Positions 60,522 to 64,000 of a stretch of 64,000 nt of DNA are shown one piece after another. The stretch is taken from the NCBI GenBank assembly GCA_964573695.1, contig CAZNKB010000004.1, positions 78,214-142,213 on the forward strand, given 5' to 3'. This DNA comes from an uncultured Gammaproteobacteria bacterium (GTDB taxonomy: Bacteria > Patescibacteriota > Microgenomatia > UBA10105 > UBA927). The notes below the pieces were generated by a model. It did not search any database and had not been told where the DNA came from. It saw only the letters and a list, made by a program, of their open reading frames with translations. The position numbers and the translations under genes were made by a program. The stretch's first letter is position 1. Every line of letters begins with the position of its first letter.

Positions 60522-62759
60522 ATGACGGCTGAACGACCGCTCAAACCACCCGTTCCGAAGGAGCCACACGTTACAACAGACGTGAGCTCTATAGTTACCC
60601 CAAAGGCAGTTGAGAGTACCACACCAGTTATAGAGCGTGTCGCAGAGGGTAAGCCGCCCGAATCCAAAGATTTGACCGCTATGGTAGAACAGGTTGCCAA
60701 GGACTTGCGTGAGCAGGGCATACCGGTTTCCTCGGATGATATACGCGCTGTCCAAAAGTTAGTAGAGCGGGGGTCATACCCGGCATCTTCTTCGGAGTCC
60801 CCAAAACCAGGACAAAAAAAGCCTGTTGAAACAGGACCGCTACCGGAAATCGATCTCAATGAGTATAAAACGGTAGTAGACGATTTGGTCCGGAACTACG
60901 GCGTAGATAAGCAGGCGTGGGGCAAGATCAGCCATATCATCGGCATTACCACACTGGTCGGGGATTTCCTGGGAGGCATGCAGCGGAAAATGTTTGCTAC
61001 GAAAGAGGGCCGGAAATATGTTTATCGCCGGTTCGGTGCAATCGGGCATGAATTGGGGCTCAAGAAATTCACGCCGAAAGAATTTTTCCAGAGTTTGCCG
61101 GTTATGAAAAAAGAAAAAGCGGCAAAAATGGGCAAGTGGTTACTGGAAAGTTCATGGCCGTTCCTCGCCAGTCCCGTGTATTGGTTGTTAGAGCGACAGG
61201 CAGGGAAAATTGCGGGGAAGATGTTTATGGCTGAGCGCACCAATCTGCAAGAACAGGTGAACAATCGGATAGCGGATTCGCTATTTATGCGGAATTTCGA
61301 ATTCCTCAATAACACGCCGTCGGGAGAAATGTTGGAGATTATTAATCGCGGTAAAGATGCCACTCTGGATCTCATGAGTGCGGTGCATGAGGAGCTTATC
61401 CCGCTCAAATACGCGACGGCGGGATCAATCGGGAAGCAGTGGCTGATTAATCCGGTAGATGCCGGAGCAGCGTTGTTCAAAAAAATGATGCTGGAAACCC
61501 GCGTGAAGCCAAATGCGCAACGTATACAAAAGCAGAATGATGAGGCCCTCAAACACTGGGATACCGTCAATACCAAGCTCCTGACGACTTTACAGGGTTT
61601 AGAAACGGTACGGACAACAGGTAATGCAGAAGCCGGATCGGATGTCCTCTATCAGGCGTTGGCGGATAGGGATTTCGTGGAATCGGGCGGCATGCGGGAG
61701 AAGCGTCAGCAGGATCGGACGATGAATAAGCTATTTGATCTTTTGGACATAAGTGTGCCGTTGACGACCGAGGGGTTGAAGTTGTGGCAAGAGATCAGGG
61801 GGGGAGTGAGCGAAACAGGGAAGCCGTATATGGCTGACGATATGTTTAATAGTTTGGCTGACGCGTATTTTCGGGTAACCGGTTCCAAGGGGGAGCAGCA
61901 GGATTTGCGTCAGATGACACTTCAGAAAACACATTTATATGTGAATCGTATCATCCCTGATATTCAGGATATCAAGCGCATGGAAGATCTACTGGGTCCG
62001 TACGATCTTCTTGATCATCCGCTTGGACTTCGGGAGACAGCCAGAAAGCCGGTGTCGGATATCAGCAGGTTTGACATCAAGGTGGAAAATTTGCGGTTTA
62101 AACATATCCTTCATGGGGTAAATTTGGATATCCCCCAGGGATCGTTCGTCACGATTAAGGGTCCGTCAGGAATAGGGAAGAGTACGCTATTTCGGCATCT
62201 TGTGGGGCTCTACCCGGGAGATTCCGGGTCGGTAAAATATGGTGATGTCGATATCGACGGCATCAAAAAATACGGTGAGCAGTCCATATTCACCAAAATC
62301 GCGTATGCCAACCAAAATCCCCAGTACTTTGAGGATATGACGCTCCGGGAAAACCTCCTCTTGTGGACGTCAAAAGATATTCCCAATGAGCGCATCGAGT
62401 CGGTGTTAAAGGATTTGAAATTGGATGCTATCGTTGATCGGCTGGATACGAAAACCAAACATTTTTCCGGAGGCGAAATGCGCCGCATCGGCATCGCCCG
62501 GGCGTTACTCAAGGATCCCAAGGTGCTGTATCTTGATGAGCCTACGGCAAACCTGGATGCTGCCTCCACGCTGCAGGTGATGAAGATTATTCAGGAACTC
62601 CGTAAATCACGACCGGATATGACCGTGGTTGCCATTACCCATGACCCGGTATTCGAGCGGATTGCTGAACACGTGGTAGATTTTGCCGATATCAACAAAA
62701 AATCCGAATCTGTCGCTCTCGGTGACGGCCAGGTATTAGAAGCGATCGCGAAGCCCTAA
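60522..62759 (+). CDS. ABC-exporter-like ATPase with strongly hydrophilic TMD, paralog 3
   Basis: GPSGIGKST, YANQ, FSGGE, VLYLDEPTANLD, ITHD. Confidence 0.88.
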   Translation: MTAERPLKPPVPKEPHVTTDVSSIVTPKAVESTTPVIERVAEGKPPESKDLTAMVEQVAKDLREQGIPVSSDDIRAVQKLVERGSYPASSSESPKPGQKKPVETGPLPEIDLNEYKTVVDDLVRNYGVDKQAWGKISHIIGITTLVGDFLGGMQRKMFATKEGRKYVYRRFGAIGHELGLKKFTPKEFFQSLPVMKKEKAAKMGKWLLESSWPFLASPVYWLLERQAGKIAGKMFMAERTNLQEQVNNRIADSLFMRNFEFLNNTPSGEMLEIINRGKDATLDLMSAVHEELIPLKYATAGSIGKQWLINPVDAGAALFKKMMLETRVKPNAQRIQKQNDEALKHWDTVNTKLLTTLQGLETVRTTGNAEAGSDVLYQALADRDFVESGGMREKRQQDRTMNKLFDLLDISVPLTTEGLKLWQEIRGGVSETGKPYMADDMFNSLADAYFRVTGSKGEQQDLRQMTLQKTHLYVNRIIPDIQDIKRMEDLLGPYDLLDHPLGLRETARKPVSDISRFDIKVENLRFKHILHGVNLDIPQGSFVTIKGPSGIGKSTLFRHLVGLYPGDSGSVKYGDVDIDGIKKYGEQSIFTKIAYANQNPQYFEDMTLRENLLLWTSKDIPNERIESVLKDLKLDAIVDRLDTKTKHFSGGEMRRIGIARALLKDPKVLYLDEPTANLDAASTLQVMKIIQELRKSRPDMTVVAITHDPVFERIAEHVVDFADINKKSESVALGDGQVLEAIAKP

Positions 62760-62762
62760 GGC

Positions 62763-62791
62763 TTGTCAAATATGAGAAAAATCCTCATACT
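62763..62791 (+). promoter_or_regulatory. Putative sigma70 promoter starting at the structured element
   Basis: TTGTCA, 17 nt spacer, CATACT; the element begins 7 nt downstream. Confidence 0.5.
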
Positions 62792-62797
62792 GGAGAT

Positions 62798-62943
62798 ATG
62801 CCAGGTAGTAGAATTTCGATACGCTTTCGTTTCATTGCGCGTCGACTAGGCTCTCTGGAGATATGAATTAGTTTTTAATAAACAAAGGAGATTGAAATTC
62901 CGTCAGCGTAAAACGCAATGGTCGAAATTTCACTACCTGGTAT
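62798..62943 (+). ncRNA. Unidentified structured leader element, copy 2
   Basis: ATGCCAGGTAGTAGAATTTCGAT / GTCGAAATTTCACTACCTGGTAT; inner CATTGCG/CGCAATG; homolog of 4644-4786. Confidence 0.7.
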
Positions 62944-63949
62944 GGACGAGACACCGGAAATTCCACAAAAAGAACAGATCGTAAGTTCTCCTGAACTTGA
63001 CGACCGAATTAGACAAGCTCAGACAGAGATATTGGCTCAAGGGAAAAACCCGGAAGCCGTTGCCGGACGTAATATCGCAGAGATGAGTTTCTTGAAGGCG
63101 CTAGGGGAAACCATTAAACCGCATGCGAAAAGGTTACGGGAAATTAACTTCAAACAATTTAAAGCGCAGGGTGCCGCAGTCCTTAGTCTTATTCCTATCA
63201 TCGGAGAAGGGAAGGCGTTTTTGAGCACGGTGGGAGTAGTGAAGGGATACGAGAAAGCGACAAGCGTCTACAAAGCAGAAAAGGGGTGGCGGAAAGTCAA
63301 AGCGATAGGGGCCGGATTTGGCCGCGCCATGGCGGAAAATGCGCCGACTGCCGCCAAAGCCGGGTCGTTTTTTGAAAAAGTACGCGCCGGCAATGTCGTT
63401 GGGAAAGTTGAAGCTGAAGCGGCACTCAGGGCTGAACATATAGCTGCCAATATCGCGCACGGAACCTACGAGAGCAGTAGGGAAGCGAGTAAGGCGCTCA
63501 AGGCCGGACTAAAGTATAACAAAGAAGTCACGAAGCAGGCGCTCAAAGCAGGCCTGGATGAAGCTGCGGATGCAGCAGGAAAAACAGGTGTAGCAAGGTG
63601 GGCGTTTAAGGAAATCGAAAAGCGGAAAATACCGACAATCAAAATTTTGGCAAACCCGGAAAAGCGTGCGGCGATCGGTGCGTTTTTGGACCTTACGCCG
63701 GACGTTCCGGGCTGGCTATCGCTTACGACTGCAGTGGGCGAAATGGTGGGCATACACGGTATAGACGTGATACCCGCTGCGTTACAAATGGGCAAAAACA
63801 CGATTGATACCGCCGTGACGTACGGTAAGCTGACGAGTGATGTGCTAAATCTTGCGATAGACCGGGTGACCGGCAGGGGTAAAGGAGTAGCAAAGGCAGC
63901 ACAATTGTTTTCGTCGTATTCGGCGAGCCCAGGTTTGCAAGGAGCATGA
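62942..63949 (+). CDS. Ala/Lys/Gly-rich amphipathic hypothetical protein
   Basis: ORF 62918-63949; start placed at ATG 62942 by analogy with copy 1 of the element; AAVLSLIPIIGEG and DLTPDVP segments. Confidence 0.7.
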   Translation: MDETPEIPQKEQIVSSPELDDRIRQAQTEILAQGKNPEAVAGRNIAEMSFLKALGETIKPHAKRLREINFKQFKAQGAAVLSLIPIIGEGKAFLSTVGVVKGYEKATSVYKAEKGWRKVKAIGAGFGRAMAENAPTAAKAGSFFEKVRAGNVVGKVEAEAALRAEHIAANIAHGTYESSREASKALKAGLKYNKEVTKQALKAGLDEAADAAGKTGVARWAFKEIEKRKIPTIKILANPEKRAAIGAFLDLTPDVPGWLSLTTAVGEMVGIHGIDVIPAALQMGKNTIDTAVTYGKLTSDVLNLAIDRVTGRGKGVAKAAQLFSSYSASPGLQGA

Positions 63950-64000
63950 GGGTATGACCGGGTAGTGAATTTTTAGAAGATTATGTTCTTTTATGTTTAT

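Noticed and set aside
55561-62759. Classical peptidase-containing bacteriocin transporters or type I secretion
   Set aside because: No C39 peptidase Cys/His motifs in the N-termini, and no HlyD or TolC gene in the window
1-64000. CRISPR array, rRNA, transposase or prophage genes
   Set aside because: No regularly spaced repeats, rRNA-like sequence or recognisable transposase/phage genes were seen

Overview
A gene-dense 64 kb bacterial window. Its gene content (DUF4012, DUF5652, short ValRS, archaeal-type UMP kinase, ATP-dependent ligase, many apparently leaderless genes) suggests a Patescibacteria/CPR genome, probably Microgenomates; this is inference. From 1 to 40 kb it is mostly housekeeping: rplY, epmA-GNAT-efp, valS, xer, two CAT-anticodon tRNAs, trpS, ftsH, pyrH, recF, lig and pth. 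From 40 to 51.5 kb it holds a copper/thiol-redox block (VKOR, Crp, csoR-cupredoxin-copA, trxA/B, gdhA). Four observations stand out. (1) At 51.6-64 kb, three paralogous small acidic helical proteins are each followed by a Gly/Ala-rich amphipathic protein, then come three paralogous ABC-exporter-like ATPases with unusually hydrophilic membrane domains. (2) An unrecognised ~145-nt structured element occurs twice (4644-4786 and 62798-62943), shows compensatory base changes and closes exactly on a downstream start codon. (3) A Trp T-box precedes a SerK-like gene, trpB2 and trpS, suggesting phosphoserine-dependent indole salvage. (4) Both T-boxes appear to have an ultrashort Stem I. All family assignments come from motif recognition by eye; no searches were run.
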